From Rhodospirillales bacterium (GTDB lineage Bacteria; Pseudomonadota; Alphaproteobacteria; JAJFIK01): a stretch of 64,000 nt of DNA. Below are positions 28,173-36,610 of this stretch, piece after piece; positions within the stretch are counted from its first letter, which is position 1; each line of letters opens with the position of its first letter. The stretch covers positions 2,014-66,013 of the forward strand of contig JAJFIK010000080.1 of assembly GCA_021775005.1 (NCBI GenBank), given 5' to 3'. Under the pieces are notes generated by a model. That model saw nothing but the letters and a program-made list of their open reading frames with translations. It had not been told where the DNA came from and did no database searches. The translations under genes and the position numbers were made by a program.

Positions 28173-28479
28173 TCGGCCCCTCTGTCTAGTGGATTTGTGC
28201 CACGGGGCGAGGGAAACTGATAGCATTGGTTAAGCGCGAGATAGGGTCAGGATGGGCCAAGATCGCCCGCCGCGTGTTATACAACCTAGCCTTGGTCGCC
28301 CTTTGGCTGCTCGTTGGATTAATGGGCGGCGCTCCCGGTACCGAATCGTGCAAAATTTGGCGCGGGTGGACGGAAATTGGGGTGAGGTCTCTTGAGGGCG
28401 GCCCGCCCGCCTGTGATAAGAGGTTCTCGCAAAATTTAATCCGGCGAGGGGCGGGGCATGGCGCGCCGGCAGAAAAGGG

Positions 28480-29628
28480 TTGGCACGAGTGGCCTTATTT
28501 GACGATTTGACGAGCGAACCAGCGAGCGACACCAGTGCCGCGCGCAAGACATCAGGTGTGCTGCCTTCGCAAGACCTCCGTGCGCTCATCGCCGACAAAT
28601 CCCTCACCGCGACAACGCCCATTGCGAAAGCGCAGCTCCAACCTGCAAGTCTTGATCTGCGGCTCGGCAATAAGGCCTACCGCATGCGTGCCAGTTTTCT
28701 GCCGGGGCCCAATCGCTTGGTGCAAGACGCTATTCGCGATCTGGTCATGCATGAGATCGATATCTCCGCAGGGGCAGTGCTTGAAACCGGCTGCGTTTAT
28801 CTGGTGCCGCTGATGGAACACGCCAATCTGTCAGCGAAAATCTCTGGTGCCGCGAACCCCAAAAGTTCCACCGGCCGTATAGATGTGTTCACGCGGTTGA
28901 TTTGCGACAATGCGGCCGCGTTTGATCGCGTGGAGGCGGGCTATAAGGGTCCGCTCTATGCGGAAATAAGTCCCAAGACATTCAGCGTGCTTGTGCGCGC
29001 GGGCAGCCGCCTTAACCAGTTGCGTTTACGCCGCGGCAGCCCCAAGACGTCCGACACGCTGCTGCGCCGCCTGCATGAAGAAGTGGGCTTGGTGGACGCG
29101 GTGGGCGACATCGATCAAGGCATCGCCTTTACCATCGATCTTAAGGGTGATGCGGTGTCTGGTCTGGTGGGTTACCGCGCCAAGCGTCATGCGGGCGTGA
29201 TTGATGTGGACAATTCGGGGGGCTATGACGCCGCTGATTTCTGGGAACCCCTCATTGCGCGAAAAAGCTCAACCCTGATCCTCGACCCCGACGAGTTTTA
29301 TATCTTGGCTTCCCGAGAAGCGGTGACGGTGCCGCCGAATTATGCAGCGGAGATGGTGCCATTCAATCCGCTTGTGGGCGAGTTTCGCGTTCACTATGCG
29401 GGCTTTTTTGATCCGGGGTTTGGTCATTCTGAGTCTGGTGGAGCGGGAAGTCGCGGCGTGTTGGAAGTGCGCAGCCACGAAGTGCCGTTCATCCTGGATG
29501 ACGGGCAGATCGTCGGGCGTCTCATTTATGAACCGTTAACGGCGGTTCCTGATGTGATCTATGGAGCCGGCATCGGATCGAACTATCAACGCCAAGGCCT
29601 CAAACTATCCAAGCATTTCCGCAGTTAA
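28480..29628 (+). CDS. dcd: 2'-deoxycytidine 5'-triphosphate deaminase, long (about 370 aa) alphaproteobacterial form
   Basis: The N-terminus GVLPSQDLRALI and a tandem dCTP-deaminase/dUTPase-like beta-barrel organisation resemble the long-form Dcd family. The start is uncertain (ATG 28480 or a TTG about 27 nt downstream). Confidence 0.65.
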   Translation: MARVALFDDLTSEPASDTSAARKTSGVLPSQDLRALIADKSLTATTPIAKAQLQPASLDLRLGNKAYRMRASFLPGPNRLVQDAIRDLVMHEIDISAGAVLETGCVYLVPLMEHANLSAKISGAANPKSSTGRIDVFTRLICDNAAAFDRVEAGYKGPLYAEISPKTFSVLVRAGSRLNQLRLRRGSPKTSDTLLRRLHEEVGLVDAVGDIDQGIAFTIDLKGDAVSGLVGYRAKRHAGVIDVDNSGGYDAADFWEPLIARKSSTLILDPDEFYILASREAVTVPPNYAAEMVPFNPLVGEFRVHYAGFFDPGFGHSESGGAGSRGVLEVRSHEVPFILDDGQIVGRLIYEPLTAVPDVIYGAGIGSNYQRQGLKLSKHFRS

Positions 29629-29655
29629 CGTCCTTAACAACAGGTAAATCGCTAT

Positions 29656-29684
29656 ACCGCCTCTGAGCGGTTTTCGTTTCATTT
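29656..29684 (+). terminator. Possible intrinsic terminator after dcd
   Basis: ACCGC-ctctga-GCGGT stem-loop (5 bp) followed by UUUCGUUUCAUUU. Confidence 0.35.
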
Positions 29685-29719
29685 CGGGACGAGACAAGTT
29701 GGCATGGGCCTTGCGACCC

Positions 29720-29760
29720 GTTTGGGCGATGCGAGCGAAATATCGCTGCGCGACCCAAAC
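29720..29760 (+). promoter_or_regulatory. Extended hairpin in the 5' leader of the first repeat-protein gene
   Basis: GUUUGGG...CCCAAAC forms an outer 7-bp stem that encloses a GCG-A-GCGA/UCGC-UG-CGC inner stem. It ends 20 nt before the AAGGA RBS and ATG at 29781. Confidence 0.3.
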
Positions 29761-29780
29761 AGAATGTAAGGACGAAACCA

Positions 29781-30443
29781 ATGAAGCGCATTCTTTTCAG
29801 CACCGCCGCGCTGATTGCGGTAATCGCAGCGGCCCCTGCCTTGGCGCAGGACAACAACAATATCATTAACGGCCAGATCAATCTGGGCGATGTCTGGGCC
29901 GGCATGGACATGGCGGTTTATGATGCCGGGTATGTGGAAGGCACCGCAGCGGCCATCGGCAATAGTTTCTCTGCTGAACTTGGCGGCGATAGCGGCGTTT
30001 GGACAAACCAACGCACCACCGGCGCGATCGAATCCAGCCTCAATGCCACGGTTGACTGGACAGAGGATGTCACTCTGACCTCCGCTGCGGTTGGCAACAC
30101 CGTATCGATCCTTAGCGAACCTTATCTTGATTGCGGCGTGGACGATTGTCCTTACGACGACGCGAGCCTTGAGCTCGATAACCGTCAGTATGTGAATTAT
30201 GACCCCACCGCGACCCTGACAATTTGGGCCAACGGTGTTGGCCATCTGAACGGCACCGCCGCGGCCATTGGCAACAGCCTGTCGGTTGAAGCATGGAACC
30301 ACGAAAACAATATCGATACACGCCAAGTGGTGAATGACGATGTGAACTCCTATGTTGGCGCAGCTGTGTCTGGCGCGGACAGCGTCACCCTGACGTCGGC
30401 TGCCGTTGGCAATACGGTCTCCATCGACAACTTGATGGACTAA
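29781..30443 (+). CDS. Secreted repeat protein, paralog 1 (alternating GTAAAIGNS(F/L)S and TSAAVGNTVSI units; curlin/adhesin-like)
   Basis: Sec signal peptide MKRILFSTAALIAVIAAAPALA|QDNN with AAGGA RBS. It has two ~100-aa internal repeat units. It is rich in G/N/S/T/A, consistent with an extracellular beta-rich protein. Confidence 0.75.
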   Translation: MKRILFSTAALIAVIAAAPALAQDNNNIINGQINLGDVWAGMDMAVYDAGYVEGTAAAIGNSFSAELGGDSGVWTNQRTTGAIESSLNATVDWTEDVTLTSAAVGNTVSILSEPYLDCGVDDCPYDDASLELDNRQYVNYDPTATLTIWANGVGHLNGTAAAIGNSLSVEAWNHENNIDTRQVVNDDVNSYVGAAVSGADSVTLTSAAVGNTVSIDNLMD

Positions 30444-30503
30444 GGACAAACAGGTGGGGCGCGAGTTGAATTGCGCCCTACCGTTTTGCTGCAAGGGCAC
30501 CCC

Positions 30504-31193
30504 ATGATGAAACGCAAATCTGTCTCCATCTTCTGCATAGGGGCGCTATTGTCCTCAATGGTTAGCGGTGTTGCATTTGCCGCAGACGACAATGACATTA
30601 TCAATGGTCAATTGAATCTTTCGCAAATCTCAGCGGGTATGGACATGATTGTCTATGACGCTGATGGGTATGTTTCCGGCACCTCCGCCGCCATCGGCAA
30701 TAGTTTCAGTGGTGAACTGGGCGGCTTTTCCCATGTGGTGAATAACCAGCGAACCGTTGGTGCCATTGACGCCAAGCTGGATTTCACCGGCGGCAATATT
30801 GAGGGAATGACGTTAATCTCGGCTGCGGTGGGCAACACGGCGTCCATCGTCTCTGACGCGCGTATCCCGAGCCCGGATAACAAGGTCGTTGAATGCCCTG
30901 AAAAATTTTACGGCATTGATGTACACAATCGTCAGGTGGTGGAAGTGGACCCAACAGCGACGCTGTATTTCAACGTTTCCGGTGTTGGATATACGGACGG
31001 CATCGCCGCCGCCATCGGTAACAGCCTCTCTATTGAAGGTTATGGCCATACCAATTTAGTTGATACGACGCAGATTGTGCGTGACCGGGTCAGCTCATAT
31101 GTGGGGGCAACGGTGTCTGGGGCCGCTGGGGTCAGCGCCACGTCTGCAGCTGTGGGCAATACGGTATCAATAGACAATTTGATCAATAATTAG
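30504..31193 (+). CDS. Secreted repeat protein, paralog 2 (same repeat architecture)
   Basis: Signal peptide MMKRKSVSIFCIGALLSSMVSGVAFA|ADDND. It is collinear with paralog 1 and shows roughly 45-55% identity by eye (IINGQ[IL]NL, AAAIGNSFS, SAAVGNT, DPTATL, AAAIGNSLS, SYVGA.VSGA, TSAAVGNTVSIDNL). Confidence 0.75.
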   Translation: MMKRKSVSIFCIGALLSSMVSGVAFAADDNDIINGQLNLSQISAGMDMIVYDADGYVSGTSAAIGNSFSGELGGFSHVVNNQRTVGAIDAKLDFTGGNIEGMTLISAAVGNTASIVSDARIPSPDNKVVECPEKFYGIDVHNRQVVEVDPTATLYFNVSGVGYTDGIAAAIGNSLSIEGYGHTNLVDTTQIVRDRVSSYVGATVSGAAGVSATSAAVGNTVSIDNLINN

Positions 31194-31230
31194 AAACACC
31201 TGCGCGTCGCAACACGGGCAAGGCAATGAA

Positions 31231-31263
31231 GGGGCGGATGGCCAAACATCCGCCTCTTTTTTT
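31231..31263 (+). terminator. Rho-independent terminator after the paralog pair
   Basis: GGGGCGGAUG-gccaaa-CAUCCGCC stem followed by UCUUUUUUUGG. Confidence 0.75.
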
Positions 31264-31312
31264 GGTTCAATTGCCGGGGCGAAGTTAAACCAAGTTGCAA
31301 CAGGTCGATTAA

Positions 31313-31723
31313 ATGAAATTACCAATAACAGGCTCATGCCTATGCGGGCAGGTGAGTTACACTTCTAAGTCGGCGCCTCTGTGGTCCGCAAATTGTTATT
31401 GCAGGAGTTGTAGGATTTGGAGCGGCGCGCCCCATACAACCTCTTTCAGTGTACCGAGCCAGGCTTTAAGCGTTGTTGGGGCTCTGTCGTATTTCCAACG
31501 TGACGCTGCCAGCGGCGGCAGGGTAACATGGGCGCGGTGTACGAATTGCGCTACGGCCATATGGGGCAGGAGTACATCTAATCCTGATCTTACTGGTGTT
31601 TTTGCGGCGACATTGGATGACGACACAGGCTTTGCGCCCATCTCCAATGTTTATGTTTCGGATGCGGTCCATTGGGCCGTCCCGGACCCCGGCATTGTGT
31701 CGTTCGAAAAAATGCCAAGCTGA
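31313..31723 (+). CDS. GFA-family (glutathione-dependent formaldehyde-activating / CENP-V-like) protein
   Basis: GSCLCGQVSY zinc-binding motif plus a second Cys cluster (CYCRSC, CTNCAT). Length is 136 aa. Confidence 0.8.
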   Translation: MKLPITGSCLCGQVSYTSKSAPLWSANCYCRSCRIWSGAPHTTSFSVPSQALSVVGALSYFQRDAASGGRVTWARCTNCATAIWGRSTSNPDLTGVFAATLDDDTGFAPISNVYVSDAVHWAVPDPGIVSFEKMPS

Positions 31724-31736
31724 CAATAGAATGAAA

Positions 31737-31768
31737 GGACGGATACCGAAGTATCCGCCCTTTTGTTT
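31737..31768. terminator. Stem-loop terminator between convergent genes (possibly bidirectional)
   Basis: GGACGGAUAC-cgaa-GUAUCCGCCC with one mismatch, followed by UUUUGUUUG on the plus strand. Confidence 0.5.
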
Positions 31769-31770
31769 GA

Positions 31771-32274
31771 TTACATACCGCCGTGGGAGACCGCTAACAT
31801 GCAATAGAGCATGGGGATCGACAGCAGCGTGTTGATGCGGCTGAACAGCATGGCTGTGCGTGCCGCCTTTGGCTTTGCGTCAGCTTCTGCTTCCACAAGG
31901 CCAAGCGCGATCTTCTGGTTCGGCCAGATGACCATCCAGACGTTAAACGCCATGATGATGCCGAACCACATGCCGATGCCGATATAGGTGATGGCAACGG
32001 AGCCGCCACCAATGCCCAACATCAACGCGCTGCCGATATAGCCCTGCATGTAACCGAGTAGCAGCCCGAAGACGAGCGTTGAGAGTGCCGCCCAGCGGAA
32101 CCAGAACAGCGCCGCCGGGGCGATATGCTTGCCGATGGCAGGTTTCAAATCGTCCGGAATTTTGGGCATGGTCGGGATCTGCACAAAGTTGAAATACCAA
32201 AGCAGTCCAATCCACATCACGCCTGACGCAACGTGGAGCCAGCGGACAATCAGGTTCAGGTCAAAAAATTCCAT
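31771..32274 (-). CDS. Integral membrane protein (4 TM). Its N-terminus resembles the membrane domain of urate hydroxylase PuuD / HemJ-type proteins.
   Basis: MEFFDLNLIVRWLHVASGVMWIGLLWYFNFVQ... is an HxxxG..WIG..FYF-type segment. The assignment is tentative. Confidence 0.5.
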   Translation of the reverse strand: MEFFDLNLIVRWLHVASGVMWIGLLWYFNFVQIPTMPKIPDDLKPAIGKHIAPAALFWFRWAALSTLVFGLLLGYMQGYIGSALMLGIGGGSVAITYIGIGMWFGIIMAFNVWMVIWPNQKIALGLVEAEADAKPKAARTAMLFSRINTLLSIPMLYCMLAVSHGGM

Positions 32275-32287
32275 GTGACGTCTCCCC

Positions 32288-32383
32288 TCAACCTGCGATC
32301 ATTGGTGCAACAAGAATGACAATCACAGTGAGCACCAGTCCGGCGATCACCGTGTATTTCAAGTCAGTCAGAACGACATCCAT
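32288..32383 (-). CDS. Small (31-aa) single-TM protein upstream of the membrane protein
   Basis: ATG preceded by an AAGGGGAA Shine-Dalgarno. The sequence is MDVVLTDLKYTVIAGLVLTVIVILVAPMIAG, and the rest of the 70-aa ORF-track ORF looks like a non-coding extension. Confidence 0.4.
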   Translation of the reverse strand: MDVVLTDLKYTVIAGLVLTVIVILVAPMIAG

Positions 32384-32480
32384 CTGGAAAGTTCCCCTTG
32401 GTTGGTCAGATTTGAATCGCCCCAAAGCACCACAATTTGGGTGATTCGGCAATGACGAGCTCTTGTGCAGTGCCGAATCT

Positions 32481-33620
32481 CTAATCAGCAAACCGCGCAA
32501 GGGTTAGAAAGCCCGCATCGGGGTTAGGGTCTTTGTCAAGGGCGAGCTCGGCCAGCAACGTGCCGATGATAGGCGCGAACTTAAATCCGTGCCCGGACAA
32601 TCCGGCGGCAAACGAAACCCGGTCACTTGAAGGGTGCCGATCAATGATGAAGTCTCCGTCAGGGCTCATCTCATAAAGACATGTTTCTTCGCGGGTTATT
32701 TCCGGTCGCAGATTGGGTATATATTTGGTGACGAAATTTACCGCCGCACCGCGCTCTTCATCGGTGGCATACCCTAATCGCGCTTCGGGGGCGGAAATTT
32801 CGCGGCCCCCGGTGTGCTCAGCCAATTTGATCCCGCTGCGATCTATAGCTGGAAAGCCATAGAAAAACCGCTCGTCAGGTTCCTCTACGGCAAAGCTGGT
32901 GAAAGACCCGCTCATATGAAGCGCGTCCTCCCCCGGTGCAAACCAGAACAGCGGTTTCTCAAGGGTGCGAAGGGGCGCGGCGGTGCCCAGGAGTTCTGGT
33001 GCCCAAATGCCGGTGGCGACCACAAGCCGATCAACATCGTATGTCGTTACCTCAGAGCGCAGGCGGATGCCGCCGCCTCGCTCGGTCCACTCAAGTACGC
33101 GCTCGGAAGGATGCAGCACCGCGCCGCTCGCCTGCGCCAGATCGACTTGTGCGGTGAGCACCCGATTGGCGAGCAAAAACCCTGCTTCGGTTTCAAACAC
33201 CGCCTCCATGCTCTCGCCGAGATGAAACCAAGGCCAACGGGCCTGCATGGTTTGCGGCGAAAGGGACTCAAGTTTAAGGCCGTGCGCGTCTGCGGCCGCC
33301 CGAACGCCTGCGAGCAGCGGCCCATCTGGCAAGCCCGCTTCCATTACGCCGGTGCGCACAAACAACTGCTCGTCGGCGGCGTTCTCAAGCGCGGCCCAGC
33401 TCTCAAGCGCGCAGCGCAAAAGCGGGACATAGTTTGGGTTTTCAAAATACGCCAATCGAAAAAGCCGCGTGGGCCCATGGCTGCTGCCATAGGCGTGATG
33501 AAAGGGATGTTGATCAAAGAGGTGCACTTCCGCCCCTGCACGCACTAGGGCAAGCGCGACCGCCGACCCCGCAACACCGGCACCGACAACGGCAACTTTT
33601 GGCATGCGCTTCATCTGCAA
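32481..33620 (-). CDS. FAD-dependent oxidoreductase of the monomeric sarcosine oxidase / N-methyltryptophan oxidase (MSOX/SolA) family
   Basis: N-terminal dinucleotide-binding VAVVGAGVAGSAVALAL motif. Length is about 375 aa, with an MSOX-like C-terminal region. Confidence 0.75.
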   Translation of the reverse strand: MQMKRMPKVAVVGAGVAGSAVALALVRAGAEVHLFDQHPFHHAYGSSHGPTRLFRLAYFENPNYVPLLRCALESWAALENAADEQLFVRTGVMEAGLPDGPLLAGVRAAADAHGLKLESLSPQTMQARWPWFHLGESMEAVFETEAGFLLANRVLTAQVDLAQASGAVLHPSERVLEWTERGGGIRLRSEVTTYDVDRLVVATGIWAPELLGTAAPLRTLEKPLFWFAPGEDALHMSGSFTSFAVEEPDERFFYGFPAIDRSGIKLAEHTGGREISAPEARLGYATDEERGAAVNFVTKYIPNLRPEITREETCLYEMSPDGDFIIDRHPSSDRVSFAAGLSGHGFKFAPIIGTLLAELALDKDPNPDAGFLTLARFAD

Positions 33621-33922
33621 TCCTCAAGCAGCGGTCAGACATTGGGAAACAACAACCAGGGACATTACGAGCGAAAGGTGGATTAGGACGTGTTCAGACG
33701 CGGCCATAGCTTGCTCGTCAATGGGAGCGCCAATCTAAGGATTGATTCGGCAAGGTCAGAACCTTGCCGCAATGCTCGGCATCATCTTGCTGTTTGTGAA
33801 TACCAAACCACATAAGAGTTAAGCTCGCGCTCGTCATTGGATGGTAAATCAATGTCATTGGAGGTATTGTGGTGGGGGCGTCCCCAGGCCGAGTACGCGC
33901 CTGAAAACAGTCTAGAACGGGA

Positions 33923-34690
33923 GTGATCTCAATGAATATGCTGGGATCATGGGTCAAACGTTTTGCGCTACTATTTGGCTATGAAATTCGCAGTTTGTCT
34001 AAAAGCCCTTACCCTTATGGATATGAGCTTTGGCAGGACGCTGTGAGGTTGAGTGCCATTTTGAATTGGCCGGTAGAGGTCGTCTTCGATGTCGGTGCGA
34101 ATAACGGCTCAACGACTCAAGTGGTTTTGGACAAATTCCCCGAGGCGAATGTGTTCGCGTTTGAGCCCAATCCGCCCACCTTTGCGCGGCTGCTGAAAGC
34201 TGTGCCGGACAAAAGAGCTACCCAACTGCCAATCGCATTGAGTGACACCAGTGGCGCGCTGCCGTTCTATGATTACGCAGAAAGCGATCTGATCGGAAGC
34301 CTTGCCGCAAATGCGGGCTATTCAAAGGGAAGCGGCTTCAAGCCGAGGGAAATAACCGTCGACTGCTCGACCGTCGATCAAGTTTGCAGGGATCACGACA
34401 TTGATCGGATCAGTGTTCTAAAAATTGATGCAGAGGGTGCAGATTTTGCGGTGCTTCGCGGGGCTGAACGAATGCTGCGTAACGCAGCTATTGATTTTGT
34501 CTATTTTGAGTTCAACGATTATGCCACGCCGCCTGATATAGACGGCGGAGGGCTTGGCGAAATCTGCGAGTGGCTTCACGGTTTTGGATTTAGGCTTGTC
34601 GCAACCTACACAGATCGTATCGATTATACGGACGATGAGTTGTTTGTTATTTCAAACGCGCTCATGGTTCGTCCCAACCGGCTGAGTTAA
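33923..34690 (+). CDS. FkbM-family methyltransferase (lower GC)
   Basis: VVFDVGANNGSTT SAM-binding motif and an FkbM-like C-terminus. The gene is about 50% GC against a local background of about 62%. Confidence 0.8.
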   Translation: MISMNMLGSWVKRFALLFGYEIRSLSKSPYPYGYELWQDAVRLSAILNWPVEVVFDVGANNGSTTQVVLDKFPEANVFAFEPNPPTFARLLKAVPDKRATQLPIALSDTSGALPFYDYAESDLIGSLAANAGYSKGSGFKPREITVDCSTVDQVCRDHDIDRISVLKIDAEGADFAVLRGAERMLRNAAIDFVYFEFNDYATPPDIDGGGLGEICEWLHGFGFRLVATYTDRIDYTDDELFVISNALMVRPNRLS

Positions 34691-34767
34691 GTTCATTTAG
34701 ACGCCTGATCCGGCAAAGGGCACACTCTAGACTGGGTCCCTGATTTCAGGCATATCTCCCCCTCAAG

Positions 34768-34842
34768 GCGGGTGTAGCTCAGTGGTAGAGCATCAGCTTC
34801 CCAAGCTGAGGGCCGTGGGTTCGATCCCCATCACCCGCTCCA
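34768..34842 (+). tRNA. tRNA-Gly (anticodon CCC)
   Basis: Cloverleaf read from the sequence: acceptor GCGGGUG/CACCCGC, D-arm GCUC...GAGC, anticodon stem UCAGC/GCUGA with loop UUCCCAA, T-loop UUCGAUC, and an encoded 3' CCA. Confidence 0.9.
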
Positions 34843-34877
34843 AATCTCTCAAATGCATTGATTGTTGGAAACCGCAA

Positions 34878-36464
34878 TTAGCTTGCGGCTAACCGGGCCT
34901 GACCAGCGGCGGAGGGCTGGGCTGCGACGTCAGAGGCGGTGCTTTGGTCCACCGCATTGACAATCAAGCGGATCAGCTGCGCCCCATTGATGGGCTTGGC
35001 TAGATGATAGTCCATCCCGGCCTCCAGGCATTCCTGCACCTGCGTATCCAGTGTATTGGCTGTGACAGCGATGATGGGCACCGGCGCCCGGCCCTCCGAC
35101 TTCTCATCCTTGCGAATCTGTTTGGTGGCTTCAATGCCGGACATCACAGGCATGCGCACATCCATCAAGATCGCATCAAAACGCTTTTCTCCTGCCGCGG
35201 CACAGGCCCTTTGCCCATCACCTACAAACGTGATGTTGCGCGTGAGTGGTGCCAGAAGCGCGGCAACGACGCGGCAGTTGGTCTCATCATCCTCGGCGCA
35301 AAGAAGCGAGAGCGCATTTGGGTCGTGGGTGCCGCTCGTGTCCTTGCCCGCCGCCCGGCCCTTGAGGGGCAATGTGACGGTGAACCTTGTACCTTGCCCG
35401 GGCGCGCTTTTCACATCAATGAAGCCATCCATCTGCCGCACCAGCCGATCGACGATGGCAAGGCCAAGGCCCACGCCATCAATCACTTCACCTGCCTGCG
35501 GTTGCACCCGGTGGAAGGGTTCGAAAATCTGTTCCAGATCCGCGTCGTCAATACCTCGGCCCGTATCGGTGACGGTAAAGGTGAGTTGATTTTCGGTGCC
35601 GTCGGCTGAGGCGACCAGGCTGACTTTCCCGGTCGCGGTGAATTTGATTCCGTTGCACAGCAAATTGTGCAGGATCTGCCGTATGCGAGCCTCGTCGCCG
35701 AAGTAGGAAGGCAAGACGGCATCGTCCACGGTCAGATCCAACTCAACGCCTTTGTCTTTCGCCTGGCCGGAAACCGTGTCGCGCATTCCTGCAAAAAGGT
35801 TGTCCACTTCAAACCAATCCTCGTGAAGATCGAGCCGGTCCACATCGTCGCGGGCTATATCGAGAACGTTGGTAATGAGTTCCAGCAGATGTTTGCCGGC
35901 GTCCTCAATCGTATCAATAAGGCCCAGGTGCTGATCGGGTAGGTCCTGCAACTTTGCAATCTGTGCCATACCAAGGATTGCGTTCAGCGGGGTGCGGAGT
36001 TCATGGCTCATGGTTGCCAGGAATTCCGACTTCCGCGCCGCCTCGTCGCGCGAGGCCCTGGCGTCGCGCTGCGCAGACTTCTCACGTGAGATGTCGCGGA
36101 TCACGCCAACAAGACCCGGGCGTCCGCCTGGAAGGGTAAAAGGGGATTTCATGGTCCGCGCCGTAATGGTGCGAATACCGGCGGTAATTGTTTCCTCGTT
36201 TTCGATGGTTTCGCCACCAAAGACGATACGGTCATCAATGTCCCAAAAGGCCTTTACTTCATCAGCCGGAAAAACGGCGCTGTCATCTTTCATCAGGAAG
36301 TTGGCTTCGCCATCTTCACCAAGGATGCGCCAAAAGGCAGGGTTGCCATAGACCCAGCGGTGATGCTCGTCTTTGACAAATATCGGATCAGCAATGCTGT
36401 CCAGCAGCGCGCGCAGGAAGTCTGCGTCGGACTTCAGCACGTTATTCGGCTGTTCTATTGCCAT
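34878..36464 (-). CDS. Hybrid sensor histidine kinase/response regulator (PAS - HisKA - HATPase_c - REC)
   Basis: H-box MSHELRTPLNAILGMAQI, N/G1/G2 ATP-lid motifs, and a C-terminal receiver (LMDVRMPVMSGIE). N-terminal PAS-like region. Confidence 0.85.
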   Translation of the reverse strand: MAIEQPNNVLKSDADFLRALLDSIADPIFVKDEHHRWVYGNPAFWRILGEDGEANFLMKDDSAVFPADEVKAFWDIDDRIVFGGETIENEETITAGIRTITARTMKSPFTLPGGRPGLVGVIRDISREKSAQRDARASRDEAARKSEFLATMSHELRTPLNAILGMAQIAKLQDLPDQHLGLIDTIEDAGKHLLELITNVLDIARDDVDRLDLHEDWFEVDNLFAGMRDTVSGQAKDKGVELDLTVDDAVLPSYFGDEARIRQILHNLLCNGIKFTATGKVSLVASADGTENQLTFTVTDTGRGIDDADLEQIFEPFHRVQPQAGEVIDGVGLGLAIVDRLVRQMDGFIDVKSAPGQGTRFTVTLPLKGRAAGKDTSGTHDPNALSLLCAEDDETNCRVVAALLAPLTRNITFVGDGQRACAAAGEKRFDAILMDVRMPVMSGIEATKQIRKDEKSEGRAPVPIIAVTANTLDTQVQECLEAGMDYHLAKPINGAQLIRLIVNAVDQSTASDVAAQPSAAGQARLAAS

Positions 36465-36610
36465 CGTCCTGCCCTTCCAAATAAGCCAGTGTCTCCGCCA
36501 AATTCAACGTTTCCTGAAACGATCAACTCTAGGGATATCTAGCTAATGTCCGGTAAAGGCTGGCGCTGAAGCATAGAAGCCGTTATCCACAGGCGGTTTT
36601 CGGAACAGCA

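Noticed and set aside
29679-30500. 273-aa ORF on the minus strand, antisense to the first repeat-protein gene
   Set aside because: This is a typical high-GC antisense artefact. The plus-strand gene has a signal peptide, an RBS, a paralog and a terminator.

The same reasoning disposes of the other long antisense ORFs: 14012..14545-, 15107..15649+, 18319..18915-, 21347..22087+, 23490..24068-, 35004..35609+, 43541..44173-, 44601..45077+, 45357..45857+, 53456..53980+, 55910..56377-, 57478..58020+, 59291..60013- and 60056..60748-.
33718-33957. 79-aa minus-strand ORF in the solA/fkbM intergenic region
   Set aside because: It overlaps the fkbM start. It has no RBS and low coding plausibility.
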